DNA of 37,945 nt, from IMG/VR virus record IMGVR_UViG_3300009181_000169, positions 1 through 37,945 of that record, one strand, 5' to 3'. Position 1 is the stretch's first letter. Each line of letters opens with the position of its first letter. Below, piece by piece: positions 27,837-35,990 of this stretch. A program made the translations under genes and the position numbers. The notes under the pieces are model-generated. The model did no database searches and was not told the origin of the DNA. It saw nothing but the letters and a program-made list of their open reading frames with translations. This DNA is from a virus. Taxonomy: Duplodnaviria > Caudoviricetes.

Positions 27837-28126
27837 TGTCTATGATGGGTCACAACAAGCCTTTCGTCTCTCCTAATTCTCTTTCGAATGAGGAGAAGAA
27901 GAAGCTGAAGAATGTTATCTATGCAATCAATGACTCTATGACCCGTGTGGCTAGTGAACGTGACTTGCAAAAAGAAGCTATCAACGAAATCTGTGATGAA
28001 CTTGGTGTAGATAAGAAGTTGGTTCGTAAGATGGCTAAGGCTTACTTCATGGCCAACTATAACACTATCGTCGAAGAAGAGAAGAACTTCCAGGATTTCT
28101 ACGACAGTATCATTAAGGAGTCGTAA
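27836..28126 (+). CDS. dsDNA-binding protein, T4 DsbA-like
   Basis: Helical 96 aa: INDSMTRVASERDLQKEAINEICDELGVDKKLVRKMAKAYF, resembling the DsbA/GapR-type family. Confidence 0.65.
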   Translation: MSMMGHNKPFVSPNSLSNEEKKKLKNVIYAINDSMTRVASERDLQKEAINEICDELGVDKKLVRKMAKAYFMANYNTIVEEEKNFQDFYDSIIKES

Positions 28127-28127
28127 A

Positions 28128-28454
28128 CTGTATAATCAGGCGGCAATAAAATATGCCACAGAGTTGTTTAGGCTAAGGGCGCTAGAGTCTGAGATTCAAA
28201 ATAACATCGAAGACTTTTGCCCCGCTCCGTGGATCCCTAATGCTAATTGCGATATGCACAACAATAGGTCATCATCAGATTGGAATGATGATGACATTAG
28301 AAAGGTGCGTCGCAATTGGTTGTGGGGAATTTGCCCGTCTGAATGTGAAGGTTGTCAATTGAAGTTTACTTCAGATTTGGATCTCATCAAACATTATACT
28401 GATCCTGACGGATACACAAGACTCTCAATCGACCAAAGTAACATGATTGGATGA
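28128..28454 (+). CDS. Hypothetical Cys/Trp-containing protein (possible CTG start)
   Basis: The open frame fills the gap. SD TAAGGAG (28114-28120) lies 7 nt before an in-frame CTG; alternative start TTG 28164. Confidence 0.5.
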   Translation: MYNQAAIKYATELFRLRALESEIQNNIEDFCPAPWIPNANCDMHNNRSSSDWNDDDIRKVRRNWLWGICPSECEGCQLKFTSDLDLIKHYTDPDGYTRLSIDQSNMIG

Positions 28455-28457
28455 AAT

Positions 28458-28673
28458 ATGGCCTTTAATCCTTCAGAAAGAAGAAATCGCATGAAAGAAT
28501 TGATGAGGCCTATTGACAGGCAGATCATGTTGTGCGATGATGTACAAGACTTGTTTGCCTTAGCTTCTATCATGACCGTTACTTCGAAGAACATCTTCAA
28601 GGCACAGTTAGGTAGAGAAGGTGCAATTCAAATCTTTGAAAAGATTATGGAGGATCTTGAAAATGAGCGGTGA
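28458..28673 (+). CDS. Hypothetical protein
   Basis: 71-aa ORF overlapping the gp44 start. Confidence 0.7.
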   Translation: MAFNPSERRNRMKELMRPIDRQIMLCDDVQDLFALASIMTVTSKNIFKAQLGREGAIQIFEKIMEDLENER

Positions 28674-29601
28674 ATACCTGTGGGTAGAAAAGTTTAGGCC
28701 AAAGACTGTATCTGATTGTATTCTTCCTGATCGTATCAAGAAGGTCTTTCAGAGTTATGTAGACACTGCAAACATTCCAAATCTCATGCTTACTGGTAGT
28801 GCTGGTGTTGGTAAAACCACCGTCGCTATGGCTATGTGTGAAGAGATTGGTTTGAACTACATGTTCATCAACTCGTCAGAAGAACGTGGTATCGATATGC
28901 TGCGAACAAAGATTCGTGGCTATGCGTCTACAATCTCTCTGACTGGTGGGCGTAAGGTTATCATCCTCGATGAGGCCGACTATCTTACACCTGATGCACA
29001 AGCAGCATTGCGTGGTGCTGTTGAAGAGTATTCTGAGAATTGTTCTTTCATCTTCACCTGTAACTTCAAGTCTCGTCTACTTGATGCTTTACATTCTCGT
29101 TGTTCTGTGATTGACTTCTCATTGAAGGCTGATGAGAAGCCTCGTATGGCTGCACAACTCTTTCAGAGACTTTCGACTATTCTAATTAATCAGAAGGTAG
29201 AATATGACAAGCAAGTTCTTATCAAGATTGTCGAGAAGTTTTTCCCAGATTATCGTCGGACTCTCAACGAGCTTCAACGATATTCTTCTGGTGGTTCTAT
29301 TGATGCTGGCACTCTCGCTCAGATTTCAGATGTAAGAAAAATTGCCGACCTTGTTGGCTATCTGAAAGAGGGTAACTTTGCAGAGATGCGGAAGTGGGTT
29401 GTGACCAACTCTGACATTGAACCGTCGCGTATCTATCGTAAGGTCTACGATAGTTTGTATGAGTACTTTAAGCCGGCTAGCATTCCGCAGGCTGTTGTTA
29501 TCCTGGCTCGTTATCAATATCAGTCTGCATTCGTGGCTGACCAAGAGATCAACTTGGTGGCTTGTCTGACCGAGATTATGGTGGATTGTGAATATGTCTA
29601 A
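28663..29601 (+). CDS. gp44: Clamp loader ATPase subunit
   Basis: LWVEKFRP, GSAGVGKTT, IILDEAD, LHSRC, AFVADQEIN; start set at ATG 28663 after SD GGAGG. Confidence 0.97.
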   Translation: MSGEYLWVEKFRPKTVSDCILPDRIKKVFQSYVDTANIPNLMLTGSAGVGKTTVAMAMCEEIGLNYMFINSSEERGIDMLRTKIRGYASTISLTGGRKVIILDEADYLTPDAQAALRGAVEEYSENCSFIFTCNFKSRLLDALHSRCSVIDFSLKADEKPRMAAQLFQRLSTILINQKVEYDKQVLIKIVEKFFPDYRRTLNELQRYSSGGSIDAGTLAQISDVRKIADLVGYLKEGNFAEMRKWVVTNSDIEPSRIYRKVYDSLYEYFKPASIPQAVVILARYQYQSAFVADQEINLVACLTEIMVDCEYV

Positions 29602-30043
29602 GAGCATCGAAATGATGGGTCGTGCAGGTGAGACTATCATAGTCAACTACTGCACGGCCGCTGGCCAGAAGGTGACAGTATCTGAAGACCAATATGATAG
29701 TCAGAAAGATATGATTATCGACGGTCTAAAGATTGAAGTGAAGACGCAAGTACCTTACATATACAAGAATGCTTTCAGTTTCAAACCTAATCAGTTGCGT
29801 AAGTGTAAGAATGCTGACCGCGTAATCTTCATCTCGGTACCTAGCAAAGAGAAGCCGCATCATTCTGATGGTAAGGTTTATCTCATCAAGTCTGCTGAGA
29901 TGAAGCACTCTCCATACAAGACGAAAGACGGTAGAGATATGATTGCTGTGCCTATCAACCAAGAAAGTATGGATGAACTCTTTACTTTGAGTAAAGAACA
30001 GTGTATACTACTCCAGAGTTACTCAGTAAGCGGATGGAACTGA
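29594..30043 (+). CDS. PD-(D/E)XK nuclease-like protein
   Basis: GRAGE...YDSQKD...IEVKTQ fits E..D..ExK; inserted between genes 44 and 62. Confidence 0.65.
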   Translation: MSKSIEMMGRAGETIIVNYCTAAGQKVTVSEDQYDSQKDMIIDGLKIEVKTQVPYIYKNAFSFKPNQLRKCKNADRVIFISVPSKEKPHHSDGKVYLIKSAEMKHSPYKTKDGRDMIAVPINQESMDELFTLSKEQCILLQSYSVSGWN

Positions 30044-30465
30044 TGGTAGACCTGTTCAAAGATATCATGCCATCGATTCTTCAGACAAAGAAGAATGTGA
30101 TAGAAGACGAGAAAGATTATCCAGCATATATCGTCAACAAGGCGCTCTCCTTTCACAAGGATTGCGTCTTGTTTGCTAATGAGATGAACAAGGTGCCAAA
30201 CATCGACGGTCTCCTTCAATACCACTATTATCTAAATACCATACGGGCCTATAGAAGGCCATTCCAGAAGTGGCAGAAGCGAGAGACAATCGAGAACCTT
30301 GAAGCTATCAAAGAGTATTTCAACTACTCCAATGAGAAGGCCAAAGATGTTCTGATGGTTCTGTCCGATGGTCAAATCGATGATATAAAAAGAAAATTGA
30401 ACAAAGGTGGTTTGAATGTTAAATCTAAGCGAACTGATAGAGGTGACGCTACCAGAACCAGATGA
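30043..30465 (+). CDS. gp62: Clamp loader small subunit
   Basis: YPAYIVNKALS, FANEMN, QYHYYLNTIR, IKEYFNYSNEKA; start at the TGATG overlap. Confidence 0.93.
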   Translation: MVDLFKDIMPSILQTKKNVIEDEKDYPAYIVNKALSFHKDCVLFANEMNKVPNIDGLLQYHYYLNTIRAYRRPFQKWQKRETIENLEAIKEYFNYSNEKAKDVLMVLSDGQIDDIKRKLNKGGLNVKSKRTDRGDATRTR

Positions 30466-30820
30466 CTTTCTAAAGATCAGAGAAACACTCTCGCGCATTG
30501 GTGTCGCATCAAAAAAAGACAGGACTCTCTACCAGTCCTGCCATATTCTGCACAAGCAGGGAAAATATTATATCCTGCACTTTAAGCAATTATTCCTACT
30601 CGATGGTAAGAAGTCAGACTTCTCAGACGATGATAAGGGTCGACTAAATACGATTGCTAACCTATTGGCTGAATGGAATCTTCTAGCACTGGTCGATCCA
30701 GCAAAGAGCGAAGACCCCGTTTCACCACTTAGCCAGATCAAGATACTGTCACACAAAGAGAAGAATGACTGGATTCTGGTGACGAAATATAACATTGGCA
30801 AGAAACGCCGAGAAGACTAA
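30416..30820 (+). CDS. regA: Translational repressor RegA
   Basis: PDDFLKIRETLSRIGVAS, LYQSCHILHKQGKYYILHFK, WILVTKYNIG. Confidence 0.97.
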   Translation: MLNLSELIEVTLPEPDDFLKIRETLSRIGVASKKDRTLYQSCHILHKQGKYYILHFKQLFLLDGKKSDFSDDDKGRLNTIANLLAEWNLLALVDPAKSEDPVSPLSQIKILSHKEKNDWILVTKYNIGKKRRED

Positions 30821-30841
30821 CCTGAACTTTGGAGCTATATT

Positions 30842-31396
30842 ATGACACAGTTGAAAATCTTCAAGACTAATCCAGAAGTGGTTCTACCTACCTTTGGCAC
30901 ACAACAGGCCGCATGTTTCGACATTGCTTTCCAAGCATATGGTAAGTATGAGTATGCTGGCTACAGTGGTTTCAATTCACCTTTCACCAGAACACTTAAA
31001 GACGGTAGAGCGGTGATAATGCCTGGTGACCGTATCATGGTACCGACCGGTCTTATCTTTGATATCCCCGAAGGCTATTCACTTCGCATTCATCCTCGCT
31101 CTGGGCTTTCGTACAAGCAAGGATTGGTGCTGGCCAATCTTGAGGCGGTAATCGATTCAGATTACTTTCAAGAGACCTTCGTATTGCTCACCAATCACTC
31201 GGAGAATCCTATCTCTATCAGCAATGGTGACCGTATCGCACAAGCTGAATTGGTACAGAGTTTGAAGTATGCCCTTGTTGAGACGACCGAAACGCCTACA
31301 CAAAAGACTGACCGTGTTGGTGGGCTTGGTTCCACTGGTGTTGAAACACCAGCTGTTGAAAAGCGCGGGCGTGGCAGACCAAAGAAGGTTGCTTAA
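30842..31396 (+). CDS. dut: Trimeric dUTPase
   Basis: AACFD, PTGL, PRSGLS, VIDSDY, GDRIAQ, RVGGLGSTG. Confidence 0.95.
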   Translation: MTQLKIFKTNPEVVLPTFGTQQAACFDIAFQAYGKYEYAGYSGFNSPFTRTLKDGRAVIMPGDRIMVPTGLIFDIPEGYSLRIHPRSGLSYKQGLVLANLEAVIDSDYFQETFVLLTNHSENPISISNGDRIAQAELVQSLKYALVETTETPTQKTDRVGGLGSTGVETPAVEKRGRGRPKKVA

Positions 31397-31749
31397 TGTC
31401 TGACACCAACTATCACTATCATAAGGTTGAGTCAAGGCCTGCACTCATTGAAGTTGAAGGTGGTATCACCATTCGTATAGATGAAAACAACAACATCAAT
31501 ATCGATGGGCATAATGATATGAACTTCAACTGTAATGGTGACTTGAACATCAATGCCAAGAAGATAAATATGGTTGGTGATGATACGGTTCTTGTGGAGT
31601 CGAAAGCGCATCTAGTGCATTTGGCTCCACGCATCGACCTGAATCCAGATGAAGATGATGACAGGTATAAGGAACATAAGCAGTTGGTAGAGAAGTTTCA
31701 AAAAGAAAAGAAGATACCAAACTCTCCTCGTTTCTGTCACGGGAGCTAA
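31396..31749 (+). CDS. Short gp5/VgrG C-terminal beta-helix-like spike protein
   Basis: Repeats such as NINIDG, NFNCNGD and LNINAK end in APRIDLN, like T4-type gp5 C-termini; followed by gp5.1-like and PAAR genes. Confidence 0.6.
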   Translation: MSDTNYHYHKVESRPALIEVEGGITIRIDENNNINIDGHNDMNFNCNGDLNINAKKINMVGDDTVLVESKAHLVHLAPRIDLNPDEDDDRYKEHKQLVEKFQKEKKIPNSPRFCHGS

Positions 31750-31752
31750 CAA

Positions 31753-32235
31753 TTGGCTGTCGAACTTTATCCAAATACACTATCTAGTCAAGTATTCAGA
31801 ACTTACTTCTCCGATGAAGTATGGGTGCAGGCTAATAGTGGTAGCTCTAGTGCGAATGCCAATGTGAGAAATGTTACCGTCACATCTAACGTGGCTTTTG
31901 GTAACGTAACGATAAATGTATCCAATCATGTTATTCGTTTTTCAGGTTCTTATACAACCGGTTATTCAGATAATGTGAAATATACTTCGTTACAATCGAA
32001 CACTCAAAACTCGTACTATTGGCTGACGCCTTCAGTTACGGCTGACATGTATACGACACCGGCCAATGTGATTGTTTATGAAGTCAATTCTGATCCATCA
32101 ACAACGATGACATTTACATATAATTTGAACATACAATATACGGGTGGAGGATCAAACGATAATGTTTCAATCACCAGAACTGTGACCCGAGACTACACAG
32201 CACCCTACTATTATATAAAGAGTTTGTATCCATGA
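31753..32235 (+). CDS. gp5.1-like hypothetical baseplate-region protein
   Basis: TTG start with SD GGGAG; 160 aa; RFSGSY, TFTYNLNIQY and ITRTV recall T4 gp5.1; synteny with PAAR. Confidence 0.55.
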   Translation: MAVELYPNTLSSQVFRTYFSDEVWVQANSGSSSANANVRNVTVTSNVAFGNVTINVSNHVIRFSGSYTTGYSDNVKYTSLQSNTQNSYYWLTPSVTADMYTTPANVIVYEVNSDPSTTMTFTYNLNIQYTGGGSNDNVSITRTVTRDYTAPYYYIKSLYP

Positions 32236-32561
32236 GTCAACCAGTAACATTTATGGGAGCAGCAGATTTTCCACATTGTAGCCCAATGGTTCGAGCTGTT
32301 GGTTCTATGGATGTTTTTGTTAACAGTAAACCTCTCAGTCGGCAATATGATGTGAATACACCACATCGTGCAAATATTGGTACTGCATGTTTTGGAGCTG
32401 CATCTCCTATCCATGTTAGTCATATTGCAATTGGTAGTCTTACGGTTTTTACAAATGCCAGAGGATCTGGTCGTATGTTAGATGCTTTGATATCAATCGG
32501 TATTCCTACAACTTGTACATGGGTGGCCGTAGGATCACCAACAGTTTTTGCCGGTGGTTGA
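32232..32561 (+). CDS. PAAR-repeat spike tip protein (gp5.4-like)
   Basis: Three repeats GSMDVFVN, GSLTVFTN, GSPTVFAG with His/Cys metal ligands. Confidence 0.88.
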   Translation: MSQPVTFMGAADFPHCSPMVRAVGSMDVFVNSKPLSRQYDVNTPHRANIGTACFGAASPIHVSHIAIGSLTVFTNARGSGRMLDALISIGIPTTCTWVAVGSPTVFAGG

Positions 32562-32588
32562 CATTTCAAACCCGGTGTGATATAAATA
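32558..32588 (+). promoter_or_regulatory. Overlapping sigma70 and T4 late promoter
   Basis: TTGACA-N17-TATAAA with TGn; the -10 is part of an exact TATAAATA (32581-32588). Confidence 0.75.
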
Positions 32589-32622
32589 GTCTGTCAGATT
32601 GAGTAATGCGTTCTGACACTAT

Positions 32623-32697
32623 AGCGGAGTGGAGAAGTAGGATCTCGTTTGGCTCATACCCAAAAGATCGTCTGTGCAATTCAGACCTCCGCAACCA
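32623..32697 (+). tRNA. tRNA-Met(CAT), initiator (fMet)-type, CCA encoded
   Basis: Cloverleaf AGCGGAG TG GAGA..TCTC G TTTGG CTCATAC CCAAA AGATC GTCTG TGCAATT CAGAC CTCCGCA A CCA. The 1:72 mismatch and A11:U24 are initiator hallmarks. Confidence 0.92.
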
Positions 32698-32759
32698 ACT
32701 CTTTGCCTTATGGGAAGAGTTCTAACCCTAACTTGCTTAAAAGGAGTTAACTACACATG
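32697..32759 (+). promoter_or_regulatory. ROSE-like RNA thermometer in the hsp20 leader
   Basis: TAACTTGCT-TAAA-AGGAGTTA pairs UUGCU with the SD, leaving a bulged G; upstream hairpin AACTCTT/AAGAGTT. Confidence 0.65.
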
Positions 32760-33245
32760 TCTATCAACAAAATCCCACACTTCGATCCTTTCACCTTCAA
32801 TATCGCCGATATGACAAAGACTGCTATTGGATTTGATGACATCTTCAAAAAGATGAATCAAATTACCGAGAGTCTTCCTAAGATTCCTACCTATCCGCCT
32901 TACAACATCCGCAAGATTGACGATACCAAGTATGTCATCGAGGTTGCTGTGGCCGGTTTCGGTAGCCAAGATATTGAGGTCGAGATTGACGAAGGCACCC
33001 TTACCATTAAGGGTAGCACAAATGCTTCCACATTCCCTGCTTCTGAATACCTGTTCAAGGGTATTGCTGATCGTGCATTCACTCGTAAGTTCTCTCTTGC
33101 TGATACCATTATCGTCAAGGATGCGGACCTTATGAATGGTATGCTAAAGGTCATGCTAGAGCGTCTGATCCCTGAGGATAAGAAGCCTAAGAAGGTCAAG
33201 ATTAATGATGGTAGCGTTTCAGAAAAACAATTTTTGAAGGACTAA
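32757..33245 (+). CDS. hsp20: Small heat shock protein (Hsp20, IbpA-like)
   Basis: IGFD, YPPYNI, IEVAVAGF, YLFKGIADRAFTRKF, NGML. Confidence 0.96.
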   Translation: MSINKIPHFDPFTFNIADMTKTAIGFDDIFKKMNQITESLPKIPTYPPYNIRKIDDTKYVIEVAVAGFGSQDIEVEIDEGTLTIKGSTNASTFPASEYLFKGIADRAFTRKFSLADTIIVKDADLMNGMLKVMLERLIPEDKKPKKVKINDGSVSEKQFLKD

Positions 33246-33246
33246 C

Positions 33247-33426
33247 ATGATCTTTCTTACAGAAGAACTCACAGAGGCCTTTCAAGGTTTCTTTGATACG
33301 TTTCGTTTGCAGCGCAAGGCTGAATATGAACTGATGAAGCTTTCGAAAGAAGAACTGGAAGACCTAGACCTACAAAGACACGAAATCTATGGTGTCGTCT
33401 ACGAGGCCACCGAGAATTATAAGTAA
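33247..33426 (+). CDS. DUF1127 (YjiS)-like small protein (59 aa; not in the ORF track)
   Basis: MIFLTEELTEAFQGFFDTFRLQRKAEYELMKLSKEELEDLDLQRHEIY matches the R...EL..LS..EL.D.(G)L.R..I pattern; SD AAGGA. Confidence 0.65.
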   Translation: MIFLTEELTEAFQGFFDTFRLQRKAEYELMKLSKEELEDLDLQRHEIYGVVYEATENYK

Positions 33427-33430
33427 GAAT

Positions 33431-33460
33431 GAGAGGGGGAGAAATCTCCCTCTTGCCTTT
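33431..33460 (+). terminator. Stem-loop, probable terminator
   Basis: GAGGGGGA-GAAA-TCTCCCTC with a GAAA loop; weak T tract. Confidence 0.55.
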
Positions 33461-33479
33461 ATGTGGAGAATACTATACT

Positions 33480-33629
33480 ATGTGGAGACTGTGGGCTAAG
33501 GCTCTAGGTGAAAAGAACGGTAAGAACAACATTGAGGCTGATAGAGTCGCTATCATCCGAACGGTCATAATTCTCAGCTATATACTAACGAACATGTTTA
33601 TTATAGCTGGCGTGATAAGGCATTGGTGA
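33480..33629 (+). CDS. Small membrane protein
   Basis: MWRLWAKALGEK...ADRVAIIRT followed by one hydrophobic helix; SD-like GGAG upstream. Confidence 0.7.
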   Translation: MWRLWAKALGEKNGKNNIEADRVAIIRTVIILSYILTNMFIIAGVIRHW

Positions 33630-34384
33630 TGAAATACAACATAGTAACAGAACCCAAGACCGTAACGGTCATTACCCCCACAATCGGATCACCTAAGGTT
33701 CTTGATGCCATTTTGAGCATCAAGAATCAAACGTATGGTCATATCGACCATCTAATTGTCGTTGATGGTCCAGAACATCAAAAAAAATTCTTGCATAACT
33801 TCGCATACGATGATGATTTGCTAAATCATGTAACTCTGACAACATCACCATACAATACAGGTAAAGTTGGTGATGGTTTCTATGGTCACCGCATCTATGC
33901 AGCCTATCCACATCTAATCAACTCTGACTATATCTTCTTCCTCGATGAAGACAACTGGTATGCACCAGATCATGTCGAAAGCCTCGTCAAGGTATTAGAG
34001 ACAAACAAGTTTGCATACTCACTCCGTCAAATCTATGATGAGAATAAGAACTATCTCTGTGATGACAACTGTGAGAGCCTTGGTAAGTGGCCTATCTACT
34101 TCACACATGGTAATGAAGAAAGCTTTCTCATCGACACATCCTCATTTGCATTTCGCCGTGAGTTTCTAATCAAGGTGTCGCAGTTCTGGCATCATGGTTG
34201 GGGCGGTGATCGCAACTTCTTCTATAACGTCAAAGACCACTGCAAGTGGGATACGAATGGTAAGCATACACTTTGTTATCGTCTTGATGGCAATCCAAAC
34301 TCAGTAACAGCCAACTTCTTTGAAAAGGGAAATGAGAGTATGGCTGTAATCTATGGTAATGAATTTCCCTGGCTAAAGGCTTGA
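33629..34384 (+). CDS. Glycosyltransferase family 2
   Basis: VTVITPT, LIVVDG, FFLDEDNW, IDTS, WGGDR. Confidence 0.9.
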   Translation: MKYNIVTEPKTVTVITPTIGSPKVLDAILSIKNQTYGHIDHLIVVDGPEHQKKFLHNFAYDDDLLNHVTLTTSPYNTGKVGDGFYGHRIYAAYPHLINSDYIFFLDEDNWYAPDHVESLVKVLETNKFAYSLRQIYDENKNYLCDDNCESLGKWPIYFTHGNEESFLIDTSSFAFRREFLIKVSQFWHHGWGGDRNFFYNVKDHCKWDTNGKHTLCYRLDGNPNSVTANFFEKGNESMAVIYGNEFPWLKA

Positions 34385-34386
34385 TT

Positions 34387-35109
34387 ATGGATCTTGGTAA
34401 ACTAATTTACTCAATCAAAGAAGCATCAAACGAACAACTTCGCAATGATGAGTTGTTTCAGTTCATTGGCTTCTGTTTACAACATGCACATGAGAGTGAA
34501 GCACAGAGCTATCAAGACGTATGGGCTTTGTGGGAAACCAGAAACAACTATACTATGAAGTACTTTGTTGAGTTTGGTGCTACTGATGGTAAGACTAGTA
34601 GCAACAGCTATCTACTTGAACAGAAATACGGATGGTCAGGTATTCTTGCTGAACCTAATCCAATCTGGCATGAAGAACTGCATAAGAACCGTTCTTGTAA
34701 TATCACAGATATGTGTGTGTTCAGTGTAAGTGGTGAGACGCTAGACTTTCTTATGACAGATGCGGCCGACTTGGCTACCATCAAGGGATTTGGTCGTGAT
34801 GATGAATTCAAGTCCGAGCGTGAGAAAGCTAAGACAATCTCAGTTAAAACAATCTCACTCTATGATATGCTTGATGAACACATGGCACCAGAGGTTATCG
34901 ACTTCATGTCTGTTGATACCGAAGGTAGCGAATATGGTATTCTCAATGCGTTCTTTCAGAAGAATAATAGGTATGAAGTAAGATGTATCAGCGTTGAACA
35001 TAACTTTACCATGCGTGACAAGTTACATGAGCTTATGACTGCTAATGGATACAAGCGGAAGTTTATGGAGATTTCGCGCTGGGACGATTTTTTCGTGAAG
35101 GAGAATTGA
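34387..35109 (+). CDS. FkbM-family methyltransferase
   Basis: FVEFGATDG..SNS, GILAEPNP, IDFMSVDTEGSE, ISVEHN. Confidence 0.9.
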   Translation: MDLGKLIYSIKEASNEQLRNDELFQFIGFCLQHAHESEAQSYQDVWALWETRNNYTMKYFVEFGATDGKTSSNSYLLEQKYGWSGILAEPNPIWHEELHKNRSCNITDMCVFSVSGETLDFLMTDAADLATIKGFGRDDEFKSEREKAKTISVKTISLYDMLDEHMAPEVIDFMSVDTEGSEYGILNAFFQKNNRYEVRCISVEHNFTMRDKLHELMTANGYKRKFMEISRWDDFFVKEN

Positions 35110-35111
35110 TA

Positions 35112-35990
35112 ATGACTAAGGATCTGGTAATCGGTGGTGCATCTAACTATGACTGGGATCAGTTGAAGTTTTGGGTCAACTCTATCAAGCGCAGTGGCTT
35201 CGAAGGTGATATTGCTATCGTCGGCACTAATATGAAGAAGGCCACTATAGACAAGCTGACGAGTGAGGGTATCATTCTCAGCCTCTATGGTCGATTGAAT
35301 GCAGACGGTGATATGGTTGCACCAAATAACAATGCTCCGCATGTTGAGCGTTTCTTCTATCTCTGGAACTTCCTTGAGACAACCAAAGAAGAGTACAACA
35401 ACGTAATCACCACAGATGTTCGTGATGCAGTCTTTCAGAAGAATCCATCTGATTGGTTTGTAGATAGGTTTCACTTTCTCTATGCCTCGTCTGAAGGTAT
35501 GAGATATAAGAATGAACCTTGGGGTAATAAGAATCTGCTTGATACTTTTGGTCCATACTTTCACAACATTCTCAAAGAGAACCTCATCTATAATGTCGGC
35601 GTCTTGGCTGGTGAATTCAACACCATCAAAGGGCTTCTCTCTTTCATCTTTCATCTCAGTGTGAATCGACCTATTCAGATTGTCGATCAGGCCGTCTTTA
35701 ACTTCATCATCTCATCAGCGCCTTTCAAGTTTGATACCGACTTTATGACCAATGAAGATGGTTGGGCTATTCAGCTTGGCACAACTCTTGGTGCCGTTCA
35801 ATCTGGTAAAGGTGATCTCGGTCAAATTTTCATGAATGATCCAACTACATATAAAACACTTTATGAAGATGTTCAGCCACTCATTGAAGATGGTGTTGTA
35901 AAGACTCCTGCTGGTGAGCCATACTTTATTGTCCATCAGTACGACCGTGTTGATGGTTTGAAAGAACAGATTGAAAGGATTTACGCATGA
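35112..35990 (+). CDS. GT-A fold glycosyltransferase-like protein
   Basis: ERF, TTDVRDAVFQ..P, YNVGVLAG, DQAVFN, IVHQYDR. Confidence 0.75.
   Translation: MTKDLVIGGASNYDWDQLKFWVNSIKRSGFEGDIAIVGTNMKKATIDKLTSEGIILSLYGRLNADGDMVAPNNNAPHVERFFYLWNFLETTKEEYNNVITTDVRDAVFQKNPSDWFVDRFHFLYASSEGMRYKNEPWGNKNLLDTFGPYFHNILKENLIYNVGVLAGEFNTIKGLLSFIFHLSVNRPIQIVDQAVFNFIISSAPFKFDTDFMTNEDGWAIQLGTTLGAVQSGKGDLGQIFMNDPTTYKTLYEDVQPLIEDGVVKTPAGEPYFIVHQYDRVDGLKEQIERIYA

Noticed and set aside
33429-33479. 5' extension of the small membrane ORF (start 33429)
   Set aside because: Runs through the terminator-like hairpin; the ATG at 33480 gives the more plausible MWRLWAKALG N-terminus.
34956-35654. 232-aa minus-strand ORF
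   Set aside because: Overlaps two well-supported + strand genes; no motifs.
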